DNA from: Camelus ferus
Lineage: Eukaryota
Assembly (NCBI RefSeq): GCF_009834535.1
Contig: NC_045697.1
Coordinates: forward strand, 69,504,001-69,568,000
Direction of reading: 5' to 3'
DNA: 64,000 nucleotides
The position numbers were made by a program, and so were the translations under genes. Under the pieces are notes generated by a model. The model made no database searches. It worked only from the letters and a program-made list of their open reading frames with translations, and had not been told where the DNA came from. Shown piece by piece: positions 12,976-26,052 of the stretch. How positions within the stretch are numbered: position 1 is the stretch's first letter; every line of letters begins with the position of its first letter.

Positions 12976-15275
12976 TCACGCCACAACAAAACTATAGTAA
13001 TCAAGACAATGAGGTACTGGCTTAAAAATAAACATATAGATCAATGGAATAGAACTGAGAATCCAAAAATAAACCATGACATTTTTAACAAGGATGTCAA
13101 GACAGTTCAGAGGGTAAAGAAAAATCTTTTCAACAAATGGTGCTGGGACAACTAGATATCCAAATACAAAAGAAAGAAGTTGAACCATTACCTTGCAAAA
13201 TACAAAATACACACAAAATAGGCCAAAGACTTAATGTAAACTCTTAGAAGAAAACATAGACATAAACCTTCACCACTTTAGGTTAGGCAATTTTTTCTTA
13301 GATATGACACCAAAAGCACAAGTGACAAAAGAAAAGATAGATAATTAGAACTCATCGAAAATTAAAACTTCTGTGCCTCAAAGGAGACTATCAAGAAAGT
13401 AAGAAGACAGCACAAGGACTGAGAGAAAATATTTGTAAATCATATATATGATTAGGGGATTGCATATTGAACATATAAAGAAGGCTTACAATTCAGCAAC
13501 AAAACAAAAATAGCCCTAGAACCCACATCTTGATTTCTAATACCATTCTTCAATGGTATCAATAAAAGGAACAGGGATCCTTGATTCTAGGACTGATGCA
13601 AGAAATATACATGATCAGCCTGGAGCATCTTACAGTGTCAGAAAATAAGGAAGTGCTCAGACACACACACACACACACACACACGTACACACACAGTGGT
13701 GGGGGTAAATCGAAGGGACTCAGGAGCCGGCTGAAAGAGTTCCCAATGGCCTAAGCTGGAGCAATTTGAGCAGTAAGGCAAAGTAGTATTGGATTATAAA
13801 CCAAAATATAAAATAAATATCCATAAGTCCATAATAATATGGATAAATGGATAAATAAGGGAAAAGAGGCAAATCTTCCATTCAGAAGAATTCCAAATAA
13901 TTTATGTAAATATTCTGCCCTCAAGAAATGGCATGTAACTCCTTAAATATGGATTCTGCCTAGTGACTTCCTTGCAAAGAGTACAGCATGGAGAGAGAGA
14001 TGAAAGAAACTATATAAACACTGCCTCAACTATGTGATCAAGGCCAACATTAACATTGATAAGCTATGTCAATAGTGTGTGATGAAAATAGCACTTTACC
14101 ACTGTGCTCTTCCTCCCAAAACAAAAAAGCCCAGTCTAACCATAAGAAAAACATCAGAGAATCTCAATAAAGAGACATTCTGTAAAATGCTTCACCAGTA
14201 CTCCTCAAAACTGTCAAGGTCATCAAAAACAAAGAATGTCTGAGAAACTGTCACAGACAGGAGGAGCCTAAGGAGATATGACAACTAAATGTAACGTGGT
14301 ATCATTCTTTGTAACAAATGCACCACACTAACGTGAGATGTTAGTAATGGGGGAAATTAGGTACAGGGTATATGGGAACTCCCTGAACTATCTTCACAAT
14401 TTTTCTGGAAATCTAAATCTGTTCTAAAAGAATAAAGTTTATTTCTTAAAAAGCCACAATAAACAAAGTTTAAAAAAACATTTTAAAATGGGAAAGATTT
14501 GAATAGACATTTAGCCAAAAGACATACAAATGGCCCATAAACACATAGAAAGGTGTTCAACACCATTAATCTATAGGGAAATGCAAATTAAAATCACAGT
14601 GAGATACCACTTCATACCCACTAGTAAGACCATAATTAAAAAATACACAATAACAAGTGTTGCAAAGATTCGAAGAAATTAGAACCCTCACACACTGCTG
14701 GTGGAAATTAAAATCATGCAGCATATTTGGGAATCAATGTGGCAGTTCCTCAAAAAGTTAAACATAGAGCTACCATATGGCCCAGCAATACCACTCCTAG
14801 GTATACACCCAAGAGAACTGAAAATGTATGTTCACATAAAAACTTGTACACAGATATTCATAGCAGCACTATTCATAATAGCTGGACAATATAAACAATC
14901 CAAATATCCATCAACTGATGAATGGATAAACTAAATGTAGTATATCCATACAGTGGAATGTTATTCAGCTATAAAAAAGAATGGGGTCCTGACACATGCT
15001 AGTACATGGATGAACCTTGACAATATTACACTAAATGAAAGAAGCCAGACACAAAAGTCTACATATGTTGTGGTTCCATTTCGATGAAATGTTCAGAATA
15101 GGCAAATCCATAAATGCAAAAAGCAAATTATTGACTTTCAGAGGCTAGGAAGAACAGGAAATGAGGAATGCCTGATAGTAGGTAGAGTGTCTTTTGGGAG
15201 TGATGAAAATTATCTGGAATTTGATGTGGCACAACTTTGTGACTATACTAAAATCTACTACTCTACTTGAAGTTA
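12976..15275 (+). mobile_element. L1 (L1MB-type) ORF2 C-terminus and 3'UTR, interrupted by an L1MC-type 3'UTR at about 13515-14450
   Basis: ORF remnants KTIVIKTMRYWLKNKHIDQWNRTENP and WQFLKKLNIELPYGPAIPLLGIHP are L1 ORF2p motifs. Confidence 0.9.
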
Positions 15276-15577
15276 ATAAAATAAGAAAAGTAAGATTCAA
15301 ACTACACTATGATCTGACCTCTCCATTTTTCTCCAAAGAAAGGAGGAAGGCATGCTGTATGACACATATGCTATTTATGGAGGAACTAAGGCACCAAGTG
15401 GATAAGCCACACTGCCGTCATTTTGATCAGCAAGTGTTGGGCACCTGCTTTCCCAGGGGCTGGTACAAACCACATCCCTACGGAAAGTAATGCAGGAAAA
15501 GGCAAAGAATATTCTCTGCCTTCGTTGAGTGGGAGTTCCAGGATAAACAAGTCATGTCCATTAAAATAAAACAACTA

Positions 15578-15791
15578 TATATAACAGATAAACAACAAAT
15601 TTATACTGTATAGCACAGGGATCTATATTCTAATAACCTATAACCTATAATGATCTATAACCTATAATGAAAAAGAGTATGAAAACAGATATATGTACTT
15701 ATATGTATGACTGGAACATTATGCTGTATACCAGAAATAGACACAATGTTGCCAACTGACTATACTTCAATGAAAAATAAATTAAAAAATT
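15578..15791 (+). mobile_element. 5'-truncated lineage-specific L1 3' end
   Basis: tactgtatagcacaggga...actgactatacttcaa plus A tail. 17-bp TSD ttaaaataa(a/g)acaacta at 15561-77 and 15792-808. Confidence 0.9.
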
Positions 15792-16129
15792 TTAAAATAA
15801 GACAACTAATGGAGGCTGGGTTGACTTTGACCACTGATTTAGAAAATTACTGGCCTGTGATGATTACTTGTATGAGAACTGGCTGTTAAACAGTTCTCAG
15901 GCAAACAGACTCAGGAAAAGGTCTTATTCCTGGTTTCATTGACAAAATGCCAGACACTAACCAGAACCTTGCTTTTACGCCAAGAACTCTGACTGAGACT
16001 CTTCCCATACACCAAAAAGTGAAGAGAAGTTGCCACTGAGTAGAGATATAATCAGGCTACATGGGTAACAAGGTGGATGTGAACACCTAAAGTTTCAGCC
16101 TGTTAGGTGTCCATTCCTCCTTCAACTGG

Positions 16130-16530
16130 TGAGAGCATCCTGATTGCCCTTTGAAATAACACCACTTCCTCATTCTTGGCCCATGTGGTTCAGGTGGAGC
16201 CATCCCCAGCCCACAAAACACAAGAATAGGCATATGACTCAGTTGTGGCCAATGAAAGCATAGTAATTAGTCCACAATATCCAAGCTACACAGTGAGGGT
16301 CACAGGACGCTGGCTAAGCTGAAGCAGTAAACTTGGAGCTGCCAGGAGACATCTTCCCCAACTGAGTGGAGAAAGCACATCTGCAATGGGAAGAAATGAG
16401 GCCGACTACAAAGGACAGCAGAGCTGAGAAAGAAAGCCCTGACTGCATCATTTGATCCTTGATCTAGCTGTACCTGAAGATGAAGTTACCTGTAGATGTC
16501 CCAAATACACAAGCTCATCAATTATCTGTT
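16130..16530 (+). mobile_element. MaLR MLT1 LTR remnant
   Basis: ggcatatgactcagttgtggccaatga...gatctagctgtacctgaag. Confidence 0.6.
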
Positions 16531-16997
16531 AGGTAACCTGGCTATTACCTAATAACTAGATTAGGTCATTTTTCTACTTTAATGAAGTAAAAGAGCTTAT
16601 CGATAAGTGGATAAGTTGGATCACAATTTTTGCTAAAATTTCTGACAGGTGATTGGTTGCAGGCACCACCAGCATTACAAAACAGATCTGGTCAAAGCCT
16701 GTTGAATGACTACCAGCTGACCAACCAGAAAAGGCATATGAAATCTAAAGAAAGGACAAAGAAATTAAACCCTAGAATTAAAAAAAAAAAGAAGGCTCTT
16801 AACTTACTTGTCTTTTCTGTACTGATCAATTGTTTCAGATTATAATTGTAATTATGGCAAATAAAATGTTAATCATAGGTAAATTAATAACATTAACAGC
16901 AGCTATTATTATAAAAATTAGCATTTTAGAACCAATTTTTATGTGCTAACACTGTGCAAATTTTTTGTGTTCATAATCTCATTGAAATCTCATGTTT

Positions 16998-17184
16998 GGG
17001 GGGAGAGTATAGCTCAAGTGGTAGAGCACATGCTTAGCATGCATGAGGTCCTGGGTTCAATCCCCAGTACCTCCTCTAAGAATAAACAAATAAGTAAACC
17101 TAATTACCTCCCCCCACCAAAAAAATTTAAAAAAAAATAAATAAATTTAATAAACAAATTTAATAAATAAGTAAATAAATAAAT
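16998..17184 (+). mobile_element. Vic-1-like SINE with intact A and B boxes
   Basis: A box TAGCTCAAGTGG, B box GGTTCAATCC, bipartite A-rich tail. 13-bp TSD aaatctca(tg/ca)ttt at 16985-97 and 17185-97. Confidence 0.93.
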
Positions 17185-18358
17185 AAATCTCACATTTGTA
17201 AGGGAACTACTATTATTTCCATTTTACAGATGAAAAAATTGAGACTATGATCATTTATGAATGTGCCCAAGGTCCCCTAATAGAATCTCAATATCTGACA
17301 GAATACTTTGCTGAACGCTAGCTTATAAAACAAGTAAGACCTAACCTTTTCTGCAAGCAGCTACCATCAGGTTAGCACTAGCAATAAAAGGCAATGTCAT
17401 GTGTGGTTAAGCACCAGATTAATGGTACAAACCATGGATGTTATAAGATCTCAGTGGAGAAAAAGATTGCCATAGGCTGGAATGATCAGAAAACACGGAG
17501 CAGGTGAGTTTGGGGCAAGACCCCAAAAGAAAAGGAAGGCAGAGAGGAAGCCAATTCCAGAATGGAGGGAATGGTACCAAGTTGGTAGGAGAAAGAGCAG
17601 CCTGTCTTGCCAAAGTAACTGACTTTTGCTGGGATAACGAGGGAGACGAGCAGAGATCAGTGAGTCCTTAGATGCCAGTTTAAGAAATTTGAACTCTATC
17701 TTAAAAAAACAAAAAAACCCTTGGGCTCAAGGGACCAGATCAAGATGGTGCTGTACTAACAACATATCTTGCAGATAATTTCTACTGTCGGAGCTGTTCA
17801 AAATTGAACCTTTAAGGATTAGAGCAATTGGGGAAATATGCATAACTGTTAGTCACATAAGCAGCACTTTGGGACAATAAGACCATAGGAACATAGGCAT
17901 GTCCACTGCACTAAAGCTGGGAGACTCCCCAAGCAAGGGAACAGCCCCGTGAAAGCTGAATCAAATGACTCAAAATCCAATCCAGTGCTCGTCTAACTTT
18001 CCCTGTATTTCTTCTTTCCTTCTTTCCTTCTCGCTTCCCATCTCTGCATTTTCTCCTCCTTTGCCATGACTATCTCTCCCACCGTGCTGTCCTTTATACC
18101 CTCTTTCTTCTGCATAAAAATATGGAGACCTCACTGTCTCTTCCCCACGGCCCCATTTCAACCCCCTTCTCTAGGTTCTGCTGCTGCTGCTCATCTCTCA
18201 AAGTGTTGATGCTTTACATCCTCCACATTCTCTGCATGTGTGTGCGTGTGCAGGTGTGCGTGTGAAGAAATAAAGCTAGAAGTTTCCGCTAGTCTACATG
18301 ACTCTCTGGTTGGCTGGAGTCAACAGAAACTACAATTTTTCCTTAAATATTAGTCCTT

Positions 18359-18648
18359 CCCTCGCAAACATAGAAAACAAACGTATGGTTACCAAGGGAG
18401 AAATTGGGGTGAGGAGAGATAAATCAGGATTTTGGGATTCACAGTACACACGACTATGCATATATAAAAGATAAACAACAAGGTCCTAGGGTAGAGCACA
18501 GGGAACTATATTCAATACCCTGGACTATAATGAAAAAGAATGTGAAAAGGAACATATGTATATATGTATAACTGAATGCCTATGCTGTACACCAGAAATT
18601 AACACAACACTGTAAACTGACTACACTTCAATTTAAAAAAAAGAGAAG
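18359..18648 (+). mobile_element. 5'-truncated lineage-specific L1 3' end
   Basis: acatagaaaacaaacgtatggttaccaaggg...actacacttcaa plus tail. TSD tattagtcctt at 18348-58 and 18649-59. Confidence 0.9.
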
Positions 18649-21600
18649 TATTAGTCCTTTTCCTCCCTAAAATAAAGCAGAGGTGCTTTGGGTGAGTGAG
18701 GAAAGAAGTGTAAGGAGTCACTGAAGTATTCAGTACTAGACAAGGAGACTCTCCTGTCTATGTTATTAGTTCAAGGCAGAGTTATTCCCTGTGAACGGGA
18801 ATTCGTTATTCCATATTTCTTATAACTAAACTGATTTTTTAAAGGGAGGGATGATTTCTTTCCCAAGGAGATTCAGAGATTGAACGTCTGGTTTGAAAGA
18901 AAAAAAAACACAGACAAGAAAGACCAACTAACAAATGTATTCTATATGCTCACTCATTTTCAAAAAGAACAGTAACTATGCTTTTCAAAAGGTGACAACA
19001 TGAACCTGGACACACACCGTTAACGTGTGTCTGTGAAGCTCTCCTGCTCACGTGGCGCTCAGTGTCCCCAGGGATCCGGGGCCGTCACAGTGAGTGTGCC
19101 GGAGCCGCTGAGCTCGCTGCGGCGTGTTTGATGAACACTCCTGCTCTGTCACATGTGGTCAGCATTACAATATAAAATAGAAATGACCAAAGCTGCAAAA
19201 GCAGGACAGGACTAGTTTTGAGCAAAGCAGGAACACAGACCAGGAACTCTTGTGGGCTCTCTGGGAGAGAGGGGCTCAGTTTCCACAATAGTATAACCGT
19301 TCAGCTTTAAAATACCACAGACATTAAAAAAAAAAATCCCTGTATCTCCAAGCATCTTCATATAAGAGTATTCACTTTTTTCTTATAACCTCAATCACCT
19401 CAGAAACAAAGTGCATATAAAGTCTATTTTAATAGATTATAACTAGATATCATCCATAGCTAAATTCTCAGATGAATTTGGTAAGAATTTCTGACAACTT
19501 ACGACTATGCTAAGGGCTCACCCATCTCATCTTTAAAGTTCACAATGGCCCCAGAAGGCAAGAAGCATTATTGCTGCTTTGTAAATGAGAAAGCTGAGAT
19601 TTGAAAGCACTAAATTACTTGTCCAAGATTACATTAGTATGTAGCTGAGATTCAGACCTAGGCCAGACTTCACCACACCCACTCTGCCTGCTCTATTTCA
19701 CTGATTAGGGGTTCAAATCTGAGTCCATCTGAACAAGGTGACCCTTATAATCAATGGTAAAAAGAGTCCTGGACTGAGTTCCAGGTTCTAAGCATTGGTT
19801 CTGTCCCATCCTAGCCCTAGGAGGACACTTCCCTGCCATCCACTCTGTATCGTCAAGGTTGAAATAATCAAAATGGTTCTGCCAGAATCCATACAATGAA
19901 TGCATGGGATGGGGCCTTAAATCATTTTTTCAGTTCATGTACTTTTCCTCTGATTGAAGTTTATGATTAAGTTCTTCCACCACTCAGGACTTTGGCAATG
20001 AAGTGTTTCATCACACAACTACACATCCTGCTTTTGCCTGTGAAACGTCTCGTCCGCCTCGGTCTGTGTAGTGCCACCCCTTCAGAGGCTTTTCTGATCA
20101 CTCTCTCTAAAGCTGATGCCTTCTGACTCTCCCGGAGCTCCCTTCTCACTGACCTCATATATCTTAAGCTAGAGATCAACTATTCCATACAGCTGCTTGT
20201 GTGTTGCTTGTGTCCCCCCCTAGAATGTAAGGACTACACCTGCCCTGTTCAGCACACTCCTTAGGCCAGGCACAGCATGGAGCAGGTGCTGCGTATGAGA
20301 ATGCTCTCTTGGAGGTATTTTTCTAATACAGAAGCAAACCAGAAAAACCCCCACTGGGCACAAAAACACACCTAATAATATGGAAAGATTCCCCAAACTT
20401 ATGAATAAATTAAAAATGCAATTTACAATATAATCCCATTTATATACATATATAAAAGTATATTTGTGCTAAAAATATATGAAACAACAGGTAGACAGTG
20501 GGTGGCTCTAGTGGTGTGGGATTATTGAAGTTCTAAATAATTTTCCTTTTGTTTGCCGAATTTTCCTTTATGAGCACGTATATATTACTTTTGTAAGGTA
20601 CCGTGTTTGGGAACACACGGTGAAATAAACTTGGGGGTTGGGTGTTAGATTGATGAAGAACAACTCAAACACAACTTGTGACAAAAGTAAATTCTAATGG
20701 CTGCACCAAGAAGGATGCTTAGGGATTTTTAGCCCTACCCTTTTATTTGATATTCATAACTGATATTTTTCTCAAAATCTTATAAGGTGCAAAGAAAAAC
20801 TGTACCTTCAGTGCCTCACATCTATCCAGTTTCCTCACCTAAGCTTCTCTTGGTAGAAAATCTGGAAGCACTCATCACAAAATAACAACATGGCTTGTAA
20901 TAACCATTTTGTTGAAATTTAAAAGTAAAGTGACTGGAGACAATAGGCCCCCAGATGGCAGGTACTCCCAGCAAATCTCAGTATCTCTGAGCCTCAGTTT
21001 CCCCAACTACATTATAGAAGAACTAGACTGGAGCACTTCTAAGTCACCATCAGTTCTATGAATCATCCTTTAACCATAGAATAGGTAGGAGAGTTTATAA
21101 GCTTTAAAAAAAAGTGGTATAGATAGAGAGAGAGGGACATGCTCCTGGTTATTGACTCTCTTGTATACAGATGTACAAGTAGGCTACACTATACTTAACA
21201 ATGCTAATGGTGCTAAAAACCCATAGCATTTCCATAAGAGGCAATTCAAATGCTGAAATAACCAACCCATCCTTATCCAACAAAAAGAAAAAAAAATACC
21301 ATCTGACAGTTTTAAACATGCTCTTTACTAGAAACATCCTTTTAAAGACTGCTTAGGAGAGATTCATTTCATATAGGTTTAGAGAATCAGTTACAACATG
21401 CAGAGCTCAAGACTGAACTGCTGGTTCAAGCACAGTTATCAACAGGTTCCAGCTCAGTTCTCTTGGAATTCTTAGGAGGAAGCAGTAGCTAGGCACTAGT
21501 AATTTCTCTTAAATTTTAGAAGACAGTGAGTGGCATATCCTAGATGTCCAGAACTTTTTTGTTGAATTAATAAAGGCAAGAACACAATATAGTGAATACA

Positions 21601-21994
21601 AAAGACCTCAAACCACAGAACGCCCGTGCACAATCACACACCAGCAGAAGCGGTTCGAAATTTAGAGAACCGTCCCCTCACCCCAGTCACAGTTCCCTCC
21701 ACCTTTCACCAGCATGTTCCTGCTGAGGACAGTCGTTCTACTCATACATTCGCCCTCCTTCCACCCTTGAAAGAACACGTTCATAACACACTAAGAGACA
21801 ATAGCAGGGAAAACAGGACAAACACCGTATCAGCAATGTCAACACGCAGCGTACTGTGAAGTTGGGAGTTTGACCCCAGAGCTCCCAACCCCGGTTTAAA
21901 TCTCGGCTCTAAGCAGCGGCCTTTAAGCAGTTTGTTTGAGTATCAGGTTTCTCAGGTATCTTACTCAGCTGCTGATTATTTGAAGATTTATTTC

Positions 21995-22420
21995 TCATTT
22001 TTAAAAATAACAGCTCTATCGAGATGTAATTCACATACCATCCATCGAAAGTGCCCAATTCAGTGGTTTTATAGTATAGCTTAGTCTAGTTTAGAATTTT
22101 AAAACATTTTCATCACCTTAGAGGAAATCCCAAATCCATTAACAGTCACTCCATATTTCCCCTCATCCTCTCTTCCCCAGCCTGAGGAAATCAGCAGTCT
22201 ATTTCCTATGTCTACAGATTTGCCTGTCCTGGACATTTCATATACGTGAAATCACACAGTATGAGGTCATTAGTGACTGGCTTCTTTCACCTACCTTAAT
22301 GTTTTCAAGGTATATCTACTTTGTAGCATGTATCAATACTTCATGACTTTTTATTTCCAAATGATATTTTATCTTACAGATGTAGCACATTCTATTTATC
22401 CATTTATCCATTAGTGGATA
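21995..22420 (-). mobile_element. L1 (L1MB-type) 3' end
   Basis: acagctctatcgagatgtaattcacatacca...gatttgcctgtcctggacatttcatat. Confidence 0.85.
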
Positions 22421-22669
22421 AAGATATTTTAAAAATAGTTTCAGATACTTGGAGTGATATTTATTTAGGTGGAGGGCTTTTTTTTCCCTTCAGCTGTCTT
22501 AGCCACAGCAGGGTGCCATGTTAGCTTGGGTCTCCTAAACAGATGACCCATAATAAAGTTCCTCGTTAAGGCAGGTAAAGTTAGTGCAATAAAGGGTTCT
22601 TCACTTGTCATCCCATTGCCGTGTGCTCTACACATCAAGCAACCGCAGGATCCCACCACTTTGCCCATC

Positions 22670-22893
22670 CTGACCTCACTCATAGTCATAATTAGACACT
22701 CATTCCCAACAACTGTATCACCTTCAAATCTTTTATTTCTTTTTCACTTCCTCAACTACCATCACTCCAACAATTCTTTGCCCTTCCCAGAATATCCACT
22801 CCATCCACTCCACTACCTTTTGACTGTCCAGCAACCCCTTTACATCCTCATTTCCTTCCTCATCCAGTTTACATGCCAGGATCCTCCACCACC

Positions 22894-22927
<34 letters not shown>

Positions 22928-24030
22928 TCATCATCATTTCTCTTGCATAAAACCTCCACTCCCATCCCTTCTACCTTCTGTTGTCCTTGCCTGGCAAAGT
23001 TACAACCCTGATCTAATGCTCTGCTTACTCTGTCCCCAAATCTGAACAGTTGTGACATGCCTGGAGAGAAATCACTCAATATGCTAAAGGGCATTACTTT
23101 AAATTCATGATCACATATCTCCAGAGGGCCCCAGCATGCCTGGGAAATCCAATTTAATTTTCCTTGTCTATTCACTCTCCCAATTTCCTCTACAGCTGTT
23201 TCACACTTTCTTCTCTCTTCTTAAATTTCTAGCCCCTTGACCTTTCTAACTCTCACTGATGAACTTGCTTCTTATTCCATTGAGAAAACAGCTGCAATCA
23301 GAAAATAACTTTCTCAGTAAAAAATAAAATAAAAGTAGAAAATAACTTTCTCAACATCCCTCCATCAAATCTACCAACTTACCTTCACCTGGATGCATAC
23401 ACTCAGTCTTCCTTCAGATTTTAATGTATGAATGAATTTTGTTGATGAGCAAGAATATATAACTTTATGAAAGTTCTGAAAAGAGATTTAGACAATGGTG
23501 GAGAGTTTAGAGTTGCATTAGCGGAAAGTAAATTAGAAAACTAATTCTAGGGCCAAATTCTCCACTGGTGTGCTAGACTCCAACTCCTCTGGCATTCTGC
23601 AAAATTCTGCACAGCAAAGGAAAGTCATCATAATTTACCACCTGGTTCATCTATGGATAAGGTTCACATAGTCAAAGTCAACCCTGAATATTGATCTAAC
23701 CAAAATTATGGAATTATGTATCATCTATTCACTTCCCACCATGGAAGATGAAAATTTAGCTTTCATTTCTCCCTCATATCTCCAAAAACAATTAAAACTT
23801 AAAATCAGCCATCTCTGCTTTATCATTCCTTTCTCACTGCCATGACTCTTATCACTGAAACTGAAAAAGACAAGATGACCAGTGACCTCTATATCACCAT
23901 CTCAGTGACCAATTCTAAGTCCTCATCTTACTCATACTGGCAGCAACATTTGCACGGTTGATACTTTCCAGACTTCTTGAATCACTTTTTTTCACTTGGC
24001 CTTTTAGGACATCACACTTTCTTGGCTTCC
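22670..24030 (+). mobile_element. fragmented L2 body
   Basis: Pyrimidine-rich L2 motifs ctcactgatgaacttgcttcttattccattgagaaaa and agtcctcatcttactc...cagcaacatttgcacggttga. Confidence 0.7.
22886..22937. repeat. compound (CCA)n(TCA)n microsatellite
   Basis: Seen directly. Confidence 0.95.
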
Positions 24031-24370
24031 GTTGTTCCCAGGAGATGGCAGAACAAGCAGTCAGTTAAAGTCAAAGCACTTGCAACAATTTGGGAGAAAC
24101 TCACCAGGGCATTTTTGAGCGCTTTCATGACGAAGGTGCCAGAGATGATTCTGAAAGAAAAAGATCACTAATGCCCCTCCTCCATACCACGGGGACCTAG
24201 GGTGTTCCCTCCCCAGGTGCTCGGTTGCTGCTTTCTATTACAACAAAATCTCTGTGTCCCAGTCCAGTAGCTATAACTTCATCTTTTTTTCCAATCATAC
24301 CTGACTTGCACCCAGATTTGTCTGGAAAGGTGTCAGATGGACAAACCCATTTTAAAATAAGATTTACATG

Positions 24371-24507
24371 CAAAAGTCCCAGAATTGCTGAGGCAATACT
24401 GAAGAAAAAGAACGAAACTGGGGGCATAACCCTCCCAGACTTCAGACAATACTGCACAGCTACAGTAATCAAAACAGCATGGTACTGGAACAAAAACAGA
24501 CATATGG
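24371..24507 (+). mobile_element. isolated internal L1 ORF2 fragment
   Basis: Open frame [45 protein letters not shown]. Confidence 0.9.
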
Positions 24508-25139
24508 CCACTTGGAGAGCATACCAACGAGGCTGGGCCAGGATTGCTGTTAGAGGAAACAAAGGGTGCCTGATGCCTGGAAATGGTCAGGATAGAATGC
24601 GAATAAGTCTATACAGCCACCCAACCCCTGATCACCACTCAGGAAGACAATGAGAAGAAACGATCCTTTTCTGGGGACAGCTGCATTCAGTGACCAACTG
24701 CTTTATTAAGGTGTGTGGACTAGAAGGGTGAAGGAGGTAGAATCAGAAATATTTTTTAGTTGAAGTTGTTTAGGAGGTCATTCCAATACTCAGCAATACT
24801 AGGTGCCTGTGGACAGGAGAGAACATGAAAGTTCCACTGAATTTCTTAAAAATTAGCCCATTGTTGAGTGGCTTTTGTGATAGTAGGTGTGCTATTATCA
24901 GACTGCAAATGGTCCAGAAAGCCAAATACGTAATATAGGTTCCTTCCAAAAGCCAGAATACTGGATAGTAAATGAAATTTTCCTCTGCTCCAGAGAAAGG
25001 CACCATTTCTATTTTCCAAGGCTGGTCACTACAACTTGAAGAGTGTCCAGGCAGAGGCAGACAATGCCTCTGCTCACAAGATGTGCAGAAACACATGTAC
25101 ATACATATGCACACATATATATTAATTAGAAGATACAAC

Positions 25140-25830
25140 AGAAGAAATGAGTTAATGATTAAAATTAATATCACCAAAATTAGAAACAAATAACATAAAT
25201 GAACTCGTGAATACGATACCCTGAGAACACAATAGTATTTACACAAAAGTTCATATCCTGAATCTAACCATGAGAAAACATCAGATAAACTCAAACTATA
25301 AGACAACTGACCTGTTGAATGAGATGTCATTCTCATGAACTACAAAGACTGAGGAACTAACTGTTCACTAAAAAGAAAGTGAAGAGTCACGACAACGAAT
25401 GCAACACACGATCCTGGACTAGATGGGTCTGGTCTCAGTAAAGAAAAAGTTTCCTACAATGGACATCACTGGCACATTGACAATTGACAAGTTGGAGTAT
25501 GGACTTCAGATTAAATAATAGTATTGTTATCAATGCTAAATTTCCTGAGTTTGATAACTGTATTGTTTTTATATGAGAGACTGTCTTTGCAGGAAATACA
25601 CACTGGAGGATTAAGGGTCAAGAGGCATGATGAATGCAATGTATTCCCAAATGATTCAGGAGAAAAAAATGCATTTATTTCAAGAAAGACAATAATAAAG
25701 TAAATGTGGCAAAATGTCAGAAATTGGTAAATCTGGGTAAAGGGATATGAGAAATCTTTGTATTATTTTTGCAACTTTTCTGTAAGTTTTTTTCTTCAAA
25801 GTAAAAAGCAAAAACTTTAAAAGATTAAAA
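25140..25830 (+). mobile_element. ancient L1 (L1MC/ME-type) 3'UTR
   Basis: cctgaatctaaccatgagaaaacatcagataaactcaaa...tttgcaacttttctgtaagtt. Confidence 0.8.
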
Positions 25831-25896
25831 ATAGCAGATATTTGGGAATAAACATTGTGAATAAATGTTCACAATCTCTATAAATAAAACTTTACT

Positions 25897-26052
25897 GGGG
25901 GAGGATATAGCTCAATGGTAGAGTGCACGCTTAGCATGCAGGAGGTCCTGGGCTCAGCCTCCATTAAATAAATAAATAAATAGATAGATAAACCTAATTA
26001 ACCCCCCCCACACACACAAAAGTATACAAAAATAAAAAGTAAAAAAAAAAAA
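25897..26052 (+). mobile_element. Vic-1-like SINE with B-box deletion
   Basis: tRNA-like head and poly(A). Perfect TSD aaaactttact at 25886-96 and 26053-63. Confidence 0.92.

Noticed and set aside
16998..17075. tRNA-Ala(AGC)-like gene
   Set aside because: It has an A-rich tail, TSDs and five sister copies in the window, so it is a SINE head and not a tRNA gene.
22616..23175. ORFs with poly-Pro/Ser or poly-Asp/Gly
   Set aside because: Products of the (CCA)n(TCA)n repeat in an L2 remnant.
24770..25336. 188-aa hydrophobic minus-strand ORF
   Set aside because: Partly antisense to an A-rich L1 3'UTR. The hydrophobicity reflects T-rich composition.
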